A stretch of 64,000 bases of DNA from Tepidisphaera sp. (GCA_050916045.1 CP051526.1:1888001-1952000); one strand, 5' to 3'. Positions 10,363-20,099 are shown, counted from the first letter of the stretch. Notes: generated from the letters alone by a model not told the origin. A program made the numbers and translations.

Positions 10363-10634
10363 GGGGAACCTCCTTGGGGTCCTGCTTGCCGGCGACTCGG
10401 ACAACTCGTCCATACAGGTCCCGGCGGGTGTGCTCAGGAGGTTGTTGGGGAATCGCCGGCGTCAATTTCGCGCTTCCAACCCGCCCCGAACGCGATTTCT
10501 GCGCCCGAGAACCCGGAAACGTGCAGTCCGCAACCCCCCTTGGACATACAACGGGTCGAAGGCCGCGTCCGCTTTCACCGTTGGTTCGGAATAACATCCA
10601 CCACGCACGCACCGCTAGGGGCCGACCAACACCG

Positions 10635-11405
10635 ATGCTCAACTCCATGACAACAAGCTTCGTCGCTCGCCTCCGTGCCAACGACCAGGCGACCTGGTTC
10701 GAGCTCTGGGAAACCTTCGGCCCCGTCGTCCGGGGACAGCTCGCCAAGTGGGGCCGCGGCCGCATCGGAAGCCAGACCGTTCAGGACCTCTCGCAGGAGA
10801 CGCTCTCGGCCCTTTCCGAATCGATCGACCGCTACGACCCTGCCCGCGGCGCCCGCTTTAGCACCTGGCTTCTCGCCATCGCCAAGCACGTCCTCGGCGA
10901 CGAAATGGACCGCCGCAACGCCCAGAAACGCGGCGGGGACAAGAAAACCGGCACCTTCGACGAGGGCTGGATGGTCGCGTCCGCCGCCCAGGGGGCCGAC
11001 GACAAGTACGAAGCCGCGGTTTTCCGCGCCAAGGTCGAGGAAGCCATCCGCAAAGTCCAGAGAACCTCCGACTTCACGGACTTTGAGATCTTCCGGATGC
11101 GGGTCCTGGAATCCAAAAGCGGCAAACAGGTCGCCGAGGACCTTGGCATGAGCGAACCCACCGTCAGCCGCAGGCTGGCCAAGGTCCGCGACGCGCTCCG
11201 GACCCAGCTCCACGAGACCATCTGCAAATACAGCTTCACCCCCGAGGAGATGTCCGAAGCGGCGCGAAATCGATTGGAACTGGATCCGAACAAAGGGCCG
11301 ACGGCCGCCGACGATGCCGCCTTTGATGAAGCGGTCGCGGAGATCTACCACGTTCAGGTCGAACTCCGGCGGCAGGATCAGGCATCGCGGCTCGAAAGCC
11401 GGTAG
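10635..11405 (+). CDS. ECF-type RNA polymerase sigma factor
   Basis: Region 2 (QDLSQETL..IDRYDPARGARFSTWLLAIAK) and region 4 HTH (SGKQVAEDLGMSEPTVSRRLAKVR). Confidence 0.9.
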   Translation: MLNSMTTSFVARLRANDQATWFELWETFGPVVRGQLAKWGRGRIGSQTVQDLSQETLSALSESIDRYDPARGARFSTWLLAIAKHVLGDEMDRRNAQKRGGDKKTGTFDEGWMVASAAQGADDKYEAAVFRAKVEEAIRKVQRTSDFTDFEIFRMRVLESKSGKQVAEDLGMSEPTVSRRLAKVRDALRTQLHETICKYSFTPEEMSEAARNRLELDPNKGPTAADDAAFDEAVAEIYHVQVELRRQDQASRLESR

Positions 11406-11432
11406 CCCTTCGTGCCCGGATCGGAGATCGCC

Positions 11433-13940
11433 ATGAACACCACCTCTCCACTCGTCGCCCAGCTCGGATCCGACGCTCTGGCGTCTGCCGTGACCGTCTT
11501 CGGCACGATTCTCGCCGTCACGCTCGCCGGGTTCATCGCGATCCTGGTGATCCGCTGGGTGATGTGGCCGGCGTTCAAGGGCGCGGGCTGGTTCATCAGC
11601 GCCACGTTCAGCTTCGTGGGTCGCACCATCCGCGAGATCTTCCGCCTCATCGGCGCCGTGGTCACCGCGATCTTCTACATCCCGCTGATCCTCGGCACCA
11701 TCCTCATCGGGCGATGGTCCGCATCCGCGCACTTCAGCCGCTCGCTCCAAAGCGAGTTCGGCCTCGCCGGCAAGTGCCTCTACCGCCTCGCGATCGGCAA
11801 CCTCCTCACCAGCTACGGGATGCGTGATGTCGTCGCCGGTATCGAGGAACGCATGCCGCAAGCGATGGCCGACGCCCCGGGCTCGGACCTGCCCCACGCC
11901 GACAGGAAGGGCCTGATCTTCGCCGCCGAAGTCGGCTGGGGAAAGAACGCCAAGGAACGCACCGGGCTCTTCGGCGGATACACGATCATCGGAAGCCTGC
12001 CCGGCGGCGGCTCGGGCGGCAAGCTCTACATCGCCGAACCCGACGCGATCAAGATGGCCACCTTCGAACGTAACGGTCACTTCGGCGTCGGCCAGGTCGT
12101 CATCAAGAGCTTCTCCATCCGCGACGGCAGCAGCCTGCCGCAGATCGTGCGCGAAAGCCAGTCGCTCCCCGCGGCTAAGAAGCTCGGCTTGGTCCTCGAT
12201 CACGAACTCACCCCCGATCGCTTCTACTACGCCATGCGGTTCGTGCCCGGGCAGAGCCTCTCGGCTGTCACGCACCAGCTTCACGGTGCCAGTGCGCCGC
12301 CCGTCGGCCAGCGTGGGCTCGATGACGCTTCTCTCCGCACCGCTCTTGGCATCGTCGCCGACCTCCTCTCCACCCTCGACGCGTACCACCGCGGCGGCCT
12401 CTGGCACAAGGACGTCAAGCCCGACAACATCATCGTCGACGGCAAGCGTGCGCACCTCGTCGATTTCGGCCTCGTGACCCCCCTCCGCAGCGCCATGACG
12501 CTGACCACGCACGGCACCGAGTACTTCCGCGACCCGGAGATGGTCAAGATGGCCCTCAAGGGCGTGAAGGTCCACGAAGTCGACGGAGCCCGATTCGACC
12601 TCTTCGGCGCGGGCGCGGTTCTGTATTCGATCATCGAGAACAGCTTCCCCGCCCACGGCGTGCTCTCGCAGATCTCCATGCGCTGCCCCGACGCGCTCCG
12701 GTGGGTCGTCCGCCGCGCGATGACCGACTACGACAAGCGCTACCCGACCGCCGCCGCGATGCTCCGCGACATCGACGCCATTCGCCACGCCGCCGACCCG
12801 ATGACCCTCAAGCCCGGCCAGCTCCCCAGCATGAGCGAGCCCGACGGCAACGTTGAGATCCCCGTTGCAGAAGCGATGCCGGATTTCCCTTTCGCCAATC
12901 GCGCGGCGGCGATCCCCGCAGCCGCGATCCCCGCGGCCATTCCCGCCGCTCAGGTCGCCGCCGAGCAGGTCGCCGCTTCCGCCGTTCCACCGCCGCTCCC
13001 CTTCGCCGCTCCGATGAACCCGGCCCCCGCCGCGGACCCCGCCGAGGTCCGCGTGACCAACTGGTGGACCGGCGCGTTCGAGATCGTCGGTGGCACGCGC
13101 CGCCAGCAGCCCGCCCAGCAAGCCGCTCCTTTCGCCGCCGCTTCACCCGGCGCGGGTGCGGATCGCGCCCGCCGCCACGATGGCGCTCGACGCACCGCCG
13201 CAGAACAGCTTGAGAACGCCCGCGGCCGCGCCGCCGCCGCTCGCGAGCGGGCCCAGAAGCGTCTTGACACCCGCCGCCCCCTCAACCGAACCTACAGCAA
13301 CAACCCCAGCGCCGGCACCTACGCCGCCCTCGGCGTCGCCGCGCTCGTCGCGTTCGTGGTCCTCGGCGGCCTCTTCACCGCCCGTTCCAGGTCTTCGACA
13401 TTCCCCACTCCCCCTTTCCCGTCCGACATGTCCGTCGTCTTCTCGGATCGTGATCCCAGCGGCGAGACACGCTCCTCAAGCCCCGTCCGCATCGTCTCCG
13501 ACAAGCCCGCCAAGGTCTCTGGTGCGACCGCGCTCGTCGTCGTCGACCTCAAGAAGCCCCTCGACGCCTCGCACGAGAAAGAGATCAAAGCCACCGTCGC
13601 CCGCCTCCGCGAAGCCGGCTTCGAAGTCCGCGGCGAATACCCCGGTGGCGAACCCGACGACACCGACCTCGAACTCACCGCTTCCGCCATCAAAGCGGCC
13701 AGCGGCCTCGCCGTCGACACCACCTCCGGCGCCGAAGCAGTCGGCCGCTGGATCGCTCAGTCCGAGGGCGCCGCCGACGTCGTGATCTGGATCAAGCCCG
13801 CCCCCGGCGCCCGCGGCGATGTCCCCAACATCACCCGCGTCATCATCACCCCCGCCGAAGGCGTCGAAGCGTCCGACCAACCCGCCGACCCCACCCAAGC
13901 CGCCCTCATCCGCAAAGCGGCCAAGGAAGCGGCTCGATAG
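11433..13940 (+). CDS. Membrane-anchored Hanks-type Ser/Thr protein kinase
   Basis: GGGSGGKLY glycine loop, VVIK, HKDVKPDN, LVDFGL, GTEYFRDPE; transmembrane helices before and after the kinase domain. Confidence 0.92.
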   Translation: MNTTSPLVAQLGSDALASAVTVFGTILAVTLAGFIAILVIRWVMWPAFKGAGWFISATFSFVGRTIREIFRLIGAVVTAIFYIPLILGTILIGRWSASAHFSRSLQSEFGLAGKCLYRLAIGNLLTSYGMRDVVAGIEERMPQAMADAPGSDLPHADRKGLIFAAEVGWGKNAKERTGLFGGYTIIGSLPGGGSGGKLYIAEPDAIKMATFERNGHFGVGQVVIKSFSIRDGSSLPQIVRESQSLPAAKKLGLVLDHELTPDRFYYAMRFVPGQSLSAVTHQLHGASAPPVGQRGLDDASLRTALGIVADLLSTLDAYHRGGLWHKDVKPDNIIVDGKRAHLVDFGLVTPLRSAMTLTTHGTEYFRDPEMVKMALKGVKVHEVDGARFDLFGAGAVLYSIIENSFPAHGVLSQISMRCPDALRWVVRRAMTDYDKRYPTAAAMLRDIDAIRHAADPMTLKPGQLPSMSEPDGNVEIPVAEAMPDFPFANRAAAIPAAAIPAAIPAAQVAAEQVAASAVPPPLPFAAPMNPAPAADPAEVRVTNWWTGAFEIVGGTRRQQPAQQAAPFAAASPGAGADRARRHDGARRTAAEQLENARGRAAAARERAQKRLDTRRPLNRTYSNNPSAGTYAALGVAALVAFVVLGGLFTARSRSSTFPTPPFPSDMSVVFSDRDPSGETRSSSPVRIVSDKPAKVSGATALVVVDLKKPLDASHEKEIKATVARLREAGFEVRGEYPGGEPDDTDLELTASAIKAASGLAVDTTSGAEAVGRWIAQSEGAADVVIWIKPAPGARGDVPNITRVIITPAEGVEASDQPADPTQAALIRKAAKEAAR

Positions 13941-14009
13941 CGAGACTCAGTTCACCAGAGACTCGCCGTTCGGGTCACATCGATCAGTCAGAGAACCCGC
14001 GCTGACCCA

Positions 14010-14036
14010 AAGACCGAAGCTCGCTTCGGGCTTCTT
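14010..14036 (+). terminator. Putative intrinsic terminator
   Basis: CCGAAGC-TC-GCTTCGG followed by GCTTCTT, downstream of the kinase. Confidence 0.45.
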
Positions 14037-14044
14037 CGCATTTC

Positions 14045-14125
14045 CGCCCCAAAGGGGCCCAAGAAGAAAGACCAGGCCGTAAGGCCTGGGTTTGTGCGGT
14101 GTCGTGGTCAAAGCCCCAAAGGGGC
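14045..14125. repeat. REP-like palindrome cluster, left flank of tnpA
   Basis: GCCCC-AAA-GGGGC, CCAGGCC-GTAA-GGCCTGG and a second GCCCC-AAA-GGGGC hairpin. Confidence 0.8.
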
Positions 14126-14130
14126 GCGAC

Positions 14131-14583
14131 CTAGTCCCAGATATAGCGAGGATCGTGCGACATCCCGTGGCGTTCGAGAAACTCGAGGAACTCCTCCTTG
14201 AATGAACGATGGCGATGGTGCTCTTCTTGGTTCGCGATGTACCGCTCGACGACTGATCGAGACGATTGACTGACGGAGAAAGCGCCGTAACCCGCCTGCC
14301 ATGAGAAATGCTGAGGATCCGAAAAAGTCTCATGGATCCATCTTGAAGAGTTGCTCTTGAGCTTGCCGACAAGCTCGGCAACCGACACCGTGGGGTGAAG
14401 AACGAACAAGCCGTGCGAATGATCGGCCACACCGCCCAATTGGAGTGCCGTGCAGCGCAGATTGGAAGCGATGCCGGCAACGTAGGGATCAAGGCGGGAA
14501 CGAAGCGAGTCAGAGATCAACGGCTCGCGATCCTTGGTTGAGAAAGCGATGTGAACCAGAACGTTTGCGAGCGACTGAGGCAT
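14131..14583 (-). mobile_element. tnpA: IS200/IS605-family Y1 HUH transposase (RAYT-like, REP-associated)
   Basis: VHIAFSTKDREP, DHSH (HUH), KSNSSRWI, WQAGYGAFSVS, YIANQEEHH (catalytic Tyr); no tnpB; inverted palindromic flanks. Confidence 0.93.
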
Positions 14584-14667
14584 GGCTTCAGTCTAACTTC
14601 GTCGCCGCCGGATGTGGAGCCACTATGGGGCTCACAATTGAGCCACGCGGTCGTTGCGCATTCACAT

Positions 14668-14715
14668 AGCCCAGGCCTTACGGCCTGGGCTTTCTTCTTG
14701 CGCCCCTTCGGGGCG
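14668..14715. repeat. REP-like palindrome pair, right flank of tnpA (inverted copy of 14045-14091)
   Basis: The reverse complement CGCCCCGAAGGGGCGCAAGAAGAAAGCCCAGGCCGTAAGGCCTGGGCT matches the left flank with few mismatches. Confidence 0.85.
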
Positions 14716-14735
14716 TAGAGCTCAAGCGGAGTTGA

Positions 14736-15935
14736 TTAGACCTCAACAACCATCGCCACGCTGTTCCCGCCGCCCAGGCACAGCGCCGCCACACCGCGCT
14801 TCCCGCCCGTGCGGTGAAGCTGGTGGATCAGCGTCGTCAGCACGCGGGCTCCGCTCGCGCCGATCGGGTGACCCAGCGCCACGCCGCCGCCGCAGATGTT
14901 CAGCCGGCTCTCCGGAATCTCCAGCGCCTTGATGTTGCAAAGCACCTGCGCCGCGAACGCCTCGTTGATCTCAAACAGATCGATGTCCTTCACCGACAGG
15001 CCCGCTTTCTTGAGCGCCCCCGCGATCCCCTCGATCGGCGCCGCGAAGATGTCCTTGGGAGCAACGCCGCTCGTGTGGTACGACACGATCTTCGCGATCG
15101 GCTTCACCCCGAGCGTCTCCGCCTTCGACAGGCTTGAAACGACCAGCGACGCCGCCCCATCAGAGATCTGGCTCGCGTTCGCCGCCGTCACTGTGCCGTC
15201 CGGCGTGAAGGCCGCGCGAAGCTTCGAGATCCCGTCCGCCGTCGTGTCCGCACGGATCCCCTCGTCAGCCGACACGCCGGGGCTCTTCTTGTCCAGGCAC
15301 TGCTCACCCGTCAACGCGAGGATCTCGTTCTTGAACAAGCCGTTCTTGGTCGCGTCCGCCGCCCGCTGGTGGCTCTGCGCCGCGAACCGGTCCTGATCCG
15401 CGCGCGAAATCTCGTACTTCTTCGCGATGTGGTCCGCCGAGTTCCCCATCGCGCACGCTTCAAACGCGCACGTCAAGCCGTCCGAAGCCATGTGGTCGAA
15501 CATCTGCGCCGGCCCGTACTTCACACCCTCGCGCACGCGGGCGAAGTGGGGGGCCGCCGTCATGTTCTCAAACCCGCCCGCGACCACAAGCTGGTTGTCG
15601 CCCGCTTTGATCGACTGCGCCGCGAGCATCACCGCTTGCAAGCCCGACCCGCACACCTTGTTGACCGTCTGGGCCGAGATCGTGTCCGGCAGCCCACCTT
15701 TGAGCGCCGCCTGCCGCGCCGGGTTCTGCCCCAGCCCCGCCTGCAGCACGCACCCCATGATCACCTCATCCACATCACCCTTGACCCTGTCCAACCCGCC
15801 GATCGCGTCAAGCACCGCCCGCACCGTGTACGACCCCAGCACCGGCGAGGGCACCTTCGAAAGCCCACCGAAGAACTTCCCGATCGGCGTGCGTTTGGCG
15901 GCGAGAATGACAGGCTGGGTCGCGGCGCTGGACAT
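14736..15935 (-). CDS. Acetyl-CoA C-acetyltransferase (thiolase)
   Basis: NKVCGSG (catalytic Cys), NEAFAAQ, GHPIGASGAR, LCLGGG. Confidence 0.96.
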   Translation of the reverse strand: MSSAATQPVILAAKRTPIGKFFGGLSKVPSPVLGSYTVRAVLDAIGGLDRVKGDVDEVIMGCVLQAGLGQNPARQAALKGGLPDTISAQTVNKVCGSGLQAVMLAAQSIKAGDNQLVVAGGFENMTAAPHFARVREGVKYGPAQMFDHMASDGLTCAFEACAMGNSADHIAKKYEISRADQDRFAAQSHQRAADATKNGLFKNEILALTGEQCLDKKSPGVSADEGIRADTTADGISKLRAAFTPDGTVTAANASQISDGAASLVVSSLSKAETLGVKPIAKIVSYHTSGVAPKDIFAAPIEGIAGALKKAGLSVKDIDLFEINEAFAAQVLCNIKALEIPESRLNICGGGVALGHPIGASGARVLTTLIHQLHRTGGKRGVAALCLGGGNSVAMVVEV

Positions 15936-16032
15936 GGAACAGTTCTCCGTATGGTCGTGTGGAACCGGCTTTGGAACGCAATGAAACGCGGAAAACCACT
16001 ATAGGGAACCAAGCCCCGCCATCCAAACAGCC

Positions 16033-16734
16033 TTACCCCTTTGGGCCCGGCATCGACGCTTCATCCACAAGGAACTCCACCCCCTCGGGCCGCACGCTCG
16101 CCATCGGCAGCCCCCCCGCACCCCGCCGCCGCGCCTCAAGCACCTCCGCAAGCCGGGCCGCTTTGTCCGCCCCGGTGATCATCGCCACCGCCCGCGAGCA
16201 CGACCCCAGCGCGGCCAGCGTCACCGACACCCGGTCCGCGATCGCAAACCCCGCCGGTGCCGTCGCCGGCGTCACCAGCGCCGCCTGGTCCCGGTGCCCC
16301 GGAAAGATCGAAGCCGTGTGCCCGTCCGCCCCCATGCCCAAAAGCACCAGATCAAAGATCGGCCGCCCCTTGGGAAGCGTCCCCGCATAAATGTCCGCCG
16401 CCACCCGCGGCCCAAGCTCCCCCGGAATCCGAAACACCGCCGCCGGGATCGCCGTCAGCATCGCTTCCCGCACCATCCGGTAGTTGCTGTCCGGGTGGTC
16501 CGGCCCCACACACCGCTCATCCCCGAAGTACAGGTCCACCTTCGGCCACTCGAGCTTGTCCCCGTACTCCGCCGCAAGCAGCGAGTAAAGCACCTTCGGC
16601 GTCGACCCGCCCGAGAGGGCCATCGAGAACCGGCCCTTCTCCGCGATCGCTTTCGATCCGTCGGCGATGATGATCTCGGCGGCGTGCCTGGCGATCGCGG
16701 CGGCGTTGGGAAACCGAAGCATGGTGTCGGGCAT
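16033..16734 (-). CDS. pgl: 6-phosphogluconolactonase
   Basis: ALSGGSTP, FGDERCVGPDHPDSNY, LLGMGADGHTASIFP. Confidence 0.93.
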   Translation of the reverse strand: MPDTMLRFPNAAAIARHAAEIIIADGSKAIAEKGRFSMALSGGSTPKVLYSLLAAEYGDKLEWPKVDLYFGDERCVGPDHPDSNYRMVREAMLTAIPAAVFRIPGELGPRVAADIYAGTLPKGRPIFDLVLLGMGADGHTASIFPGHRDQAALVTPATAPAGFAIADRVSVTLAALGSCSRAVAMITGADKAARLAEVLEARRRGAGGLPMASVRPEGVEFLVDEASMPGPKG

Positions 16735-16819
16735 GCTCGGAGCGTAGACCCGGTCTTGGAAACAACAACGCCCGCGAGACCGCTCGCGGGCGCTGATTCC
16801 GTGCTGGTCCATGAACCGC

Positions 16820-17119
16820 TTAGCCGTTGGACGCGGAGTTCTCGCCTGCGGCCGAGTGCCCGTCCGTGCCAAGGCCCGTCTCCGCGGCCTGTGGAACGCT
16901 CGCCGGCGCGGAGCTAACGCTCGCGGCGGCCGGAGCCTTCTTCGCGCGGGCCGAGCCGCTCGCCTTGGTGCCGGCTTTCTTCACGGCTTTCTTTGCAGGC
17001 TTCTTCGCGCCCGTCTTTGCCGCCTTCGTGGTGGCTTTCTTGGTCGCTTTCTTCAGGACCTTCTTACCAGCCTTCTTGCCTGCTTTCTTCGCCGCTTTCT
17101 TCTTGGCCTTCTTTGCCAT
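16820..17119 (-). CDS. Lys/Ala-rich histone H1-like small basic protein
   Basis: MAKKAKKKAAKKAGKKAGKKVLKKATKKATTKAAKTGAKKPAKKAVKK..; AAGGAG RBS upstream. Confidence 0.8.
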   Translation of the reverse strand: MAKKAKKKAAKKAGKKAGKKVLKKATKKATTKAAKTGAKKPAKKAVKKAGTKASGSARAKKAPAAASVSSAPASVPQAAETGLGTDGHSAAGENSASNG

Positions 17120-17268
17120 GGAGGCTCTCCTTCGTGCCTGTCCGCGTCCGTCGAGCGATCGCCCGGACACACGCCCGCGCGAGTCGCTTCAATCTACCCG
17201 AGAATTCGCCGCGTGGCAACCAAGAACCTCCTCATTCCGCCGCTCTTGACGAGGGCTAACCTCGTCCG

Positions 17269-19518
17269 ATGCCACCACCGCCGACACGCGAGATTCATGT
17301 CCCGCTCGCGACCCGCCTGGGTTCGGGCGAGGGCCTCGCGCGGACGGAATGGCTCCTCGCAAGCGGCCTGGGCGGCTTCGCCATGGGCACGGCGTCGGGC
17401 ATCCCCTCCCGCCGGTACCACGGCTGGCTCATCGGCTCGGCCCGTCCCCCCGTCGCTCGCGTCCTCGCCCTTACCGCCATGGCCGAGTGGCTGATCCTCC
17501 TGCCGGGCGCCGCCGGCGGCACCAGCGAGCAGCGCTACGACCTCTCTTCCTTCCGTTTCTCCGGCACCACCGGCGGCTCAGTCTCCCCCAAGGGCGTCGA
17601 GTCGCTCCAACGCTTCGAGAAGGGCCCGACCTCCGTCCGCCACGAGTACAAGTTCGGCCTCCTGAAAGCCTCCCGCGAGATCCTCCCGCTCCACGGCCAG
17701 AACGCCGTGATGATCCGCTACCGCCTCCGCACCGGCGGCCACGCGGGCACCCTCGAACTCCACCCCCTCGTCGCTCTCCGCGACTTCCACGGCCCCCTCA
17801 TCGACCACCACGCCCGCGAGGACGCCTACACCGTTTCGCCCCTCCCCTCCGGTGTTGAGGTCACGCATCGGGCGTGGCACGTCTCCATCTGCTCGGCCGG
17901 TATCTCCTCCGGCGCCTCCTTCGTCCCCGGCCCCCGCTGGTGGTACAACTTCGAGTACATGCGCGAAGCCGAACGCGGCCTTGACGCCCACGAAGACCTC
18001 TTCTGCCCCGGCGTCCTCTCGGTCCCCCTCCCCAGCTATCCCGCCATCAGCGGCGATGATCTCGAGCACGTCATCGACGTCACCGCGAGCTTCTGGGCCG
18101 ATGATGGGCTCGGCCAGGGCTCAAAGAGCACGCCCACCGGCCGCGCCTCCCACGCCGCCGACGCCGTCCGCACCCGCATGGCCGACGTCGTCGCCCGCGC
18201 GGTGACCACCGCCGAGCACGCCGCTTCCACCTTGACCCCCTCCGACCGGTCCGCCATCGCCTCCCTCGCCGCCGCGGGCGATGCGTTCATCGTCGAACGC
18301 GTCGATGCCCCGAGCACCGCGAGCGATGTCTCCGTCATCGCCGGCTACCCGTGGTTCAGCGACTGGGGCCGCGACACGATGATCTCCCTCCGCGGGCTCT
18401 TCCTCGAAACCGGCCGCCACGATGAAGCCGGCCGCGTCCTCGAGACCTTCGCACGATACACCGACCACGGCCTCATCCCCAACTGCTTCGACGATGTCAC
18501 CGGCGAACCGCAGTACCACACCGTCGATGCATCCCTCTGGTTCATCCACGCCGCCTGCGATTATCTCGCGACCACAAGCGATGCCGAGCGGTTCTTCGCG
18601 TCGCTCCTCCCCGCATGCAACGCCATCATCGCCGCCTACCGCGACGGCATCTCGCACCACGGCGAGGACGGCGACTGGTCGATCAAGATGGACGCCGACG
18701 GCCTCATCGAAGCCGGCCACCCCGGCACCGCGCTCACCTGGATGGACGCCCGCCGCGATGGCGTCGTCTTTACGCCCCGCGACGGCAAGCCCGTCGAGAT
18801 ACAAGCTCTCTGGTACCACGCTTTGCTCGCCCTCGCGGGCGCGATCGACGCGAAAGACCCGCGCCTCGCCCGCGAGTACCGCCAGCTCGCCGAACGCACC
18901 GGCACCGCCCTCACGACCCGCTACTGGGACCCCGCCCGCGGCTACCTCGCCGACCGCCTGACACGCGAGAATGGTGGTGGAGGTGGTGGGGGATGGACCG
19001 CCGACTGGTCCAACCGCTGCAACCAGATATTCGCCGCAAGCCTCGCCCACTCCCCGCTGACCCCCGCCATGCGGGCCGGCGTCGTGAGCACCGTCCGCTC
19101 GCGCCTGCTCACCCCGATGGGTCTCCGCACCCTCGACCCGCGCGACCCGCGATACATCGGTCGTTACCGCGGCCCCCTGTTCGAACGCGACAAAGCCTAC
19201 CACAACGGCACCGTCTGGCCCTGGCTCATCGGTCCCTACATCCGCGCCCTGCTCCGCTCGGGCGCCGACTCCGGCAACATCCAAGCCGCCTGCGCCGAAG
19301 CCCGCCAAGCCCTCGCTCCGCTCCTGAACTCCATCACCGCCGGCCTCGCCGCAGGCTCCCTCCCCGAAATCTTCGACGGCGACCTGCCGATGTCCGCCGG
19401 CGGTGGGGGAGGCACGGGCGCACCCGGTTTTCAGAAGCCCGACGGCTGCATGGCCCAAGCCTGGTCCGTCGCCCAGACCCTCGAAGCCCTCCTCGCGATC
19501 CTCCGCGCCGAGCGGTGA
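17269..19518 (+). CDS. Glycogen debranching enzyme / amylo-alpha-1,6-glucosidase
   Basis: EWLLASGLGGFAMGT, RRYHG, IAGYPWFSDWGRDTMISL, LTWMDA, GKPVEIQALWY, YHNGTVWPWL, QAWSVA. Confidence 0.93.
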   Translation: MPPPPTREIHVPLATRLGSGEGLARTEWLLASGLGGFAMGTASGIPSRRYHGWLIGSARPPVARVLALTAMAEWLILLPGAAGGTSEQRYDLSSFRFSGTTGGSVSPKGVESLQRFEKGPTSVRHEYKFGLLKASREILPLHGQNAVMIRYRLRTGGHAGTLELHPLVALRDFHGPLIDHHAREDAYTVSPLPSGVEVTHRAWHVSICSAGISSGASFVPGPRWWYNFEYMREAERGLDAHEDLFCPGVLSVPLPSYPAISGDDLEHVIDVTASFWADDGLGQGSKSTPTGRASHAADAVRTRMADVVARAVTTAEHAASTLTPSDRSAIASLAAAGDAFIVERVDAPSTASDVSVIAGYPWFSDWGRDTMISLRGLFLETGRHDEAGRVLETFARYTDHGLIPNCFDDVTGEPQYHTVDASLWFIHAACDYLATTSDAERFFASLLPACNAIIAAYRDGISHHGEDGDWSIKMDADGLIEAGHPGTALTWMDARRDGVVFTPRDGKPVEIQALWYHALLALAGAIDAKDPRLAREYRQLAERTGTALTTRYWDPARGYLADRLTRENGGGGGGGWTADWSNRCNQIFAASLAHSPLTPAMRAGVVSTVRSRLLTPMGLRTLDPRDPRYIGRYRGPLFERDKAYHNGTVWPWLIGPYIRALLRSGADSGNIQAACAEARQALAPLLNSITAGLAAGSLPEIFDGDLPMSAGGGGGTGAPGFQKPDGCMAQAWSVAQTLEALLAILRAER

Positions 19519-19529
19519 AGTTCCTCTTT

Positions 19530-19589
19530 GGTGGCCCGGCTCTCCGAGCCGGGTCTCATCTGAGAGCACCGCTCTCCAGAGCGGTGCTC
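19530..19589. repeat. REP-like hairpin pair between convergent genes
   Basis: GGTGG-CCCGGCTC-TCC-GAGCCGGG-TCTCA and GAGCACCGCTCT-CC-AGAGCGGTGCTC; the first has a near-copy at 56636-56664 (minus strand). Confidence 0.75.
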
Positions 19590-20025
19590 AGCCCCCCTCG
19601 CGCACTCGCACCCGGTACGCCCGCTTCGCCACATCCTCATCCAGCATCAGCGGGATCATCCACTTCAGGTTCGGGATCACCGCCTCCGGCACCGGGCTCA
19701 CCGGGTGTATCTCGAGCTTCTCATCCGTCTTCGAGTGGCACGCATCGAGATCCCCGAACGCCCGGAAGAAATGCCCCTCCCACCCGCGCGGATCCGCCGG
19801 CGTCGGCACCCCGGCGAGCACGATGCACTCCTCCCACGCTTCGATCCGAACCCCCGCCTCCTCCCAGAACTCCCGCCGCATCGCGTCAAGCGGCGTCTCC
19901 CCGGCTTCGAGCTTCCCGCCCACACCGTTGAGCCGCCCCGCCTGCCACGCCGGCCGGTTCTTGCGGATGAAAAGCACCCGCGAGCGATCCTCGGAGAACA
20001 GAAACCCGCACGAGTAAACCTGCAT
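19588..20025 (-). CDS. NUDIX hydrolase
   Basis: Nudix box GGKLEAGETPLDAMRREFWEEAG. Confidence 0.92.
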   Translation of the reverse strand: MQVYSCGFLFSEDRSRVLFIRKNRPAWQAGRLNGVGGKLEAGETPLDAMRREFWEEAGVRIEAWEECIVLAGVPTPADPRGWEGHFFRAFGDLDACHSKTDEKLEIHPVSPVPEAVIPNLKWMIPLMLDEDVAKRAYRVRVREGG

Positions 20026-20065
20026 GGCCCCAGCATACTCCTCGCTTCGGCCGTGAGGTGTGGTC

Positions 20066-20099
20066 GGGGTGACAAGGTGACAGGGTGACAGGGTGACAG
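20066..20099. repeat. Short tandem repeat (GGTGACAR)n
   Basis: GGGGTGACAAGGTGACAGGGTGACAGGGTGACAG; an inverted copy CTTGTCACCCC lies at 20350-20360. Confidence 0.85.

Noticed and set aside
10575..13121. 848 aa minus-strand ORF, and similar long ORFs such as 24267-26987, 47246-49189 and 51593-53692
   Set aside because: Antisense shadows of well-supported genes, expected in high-GC DNA; no recognisable motifs.
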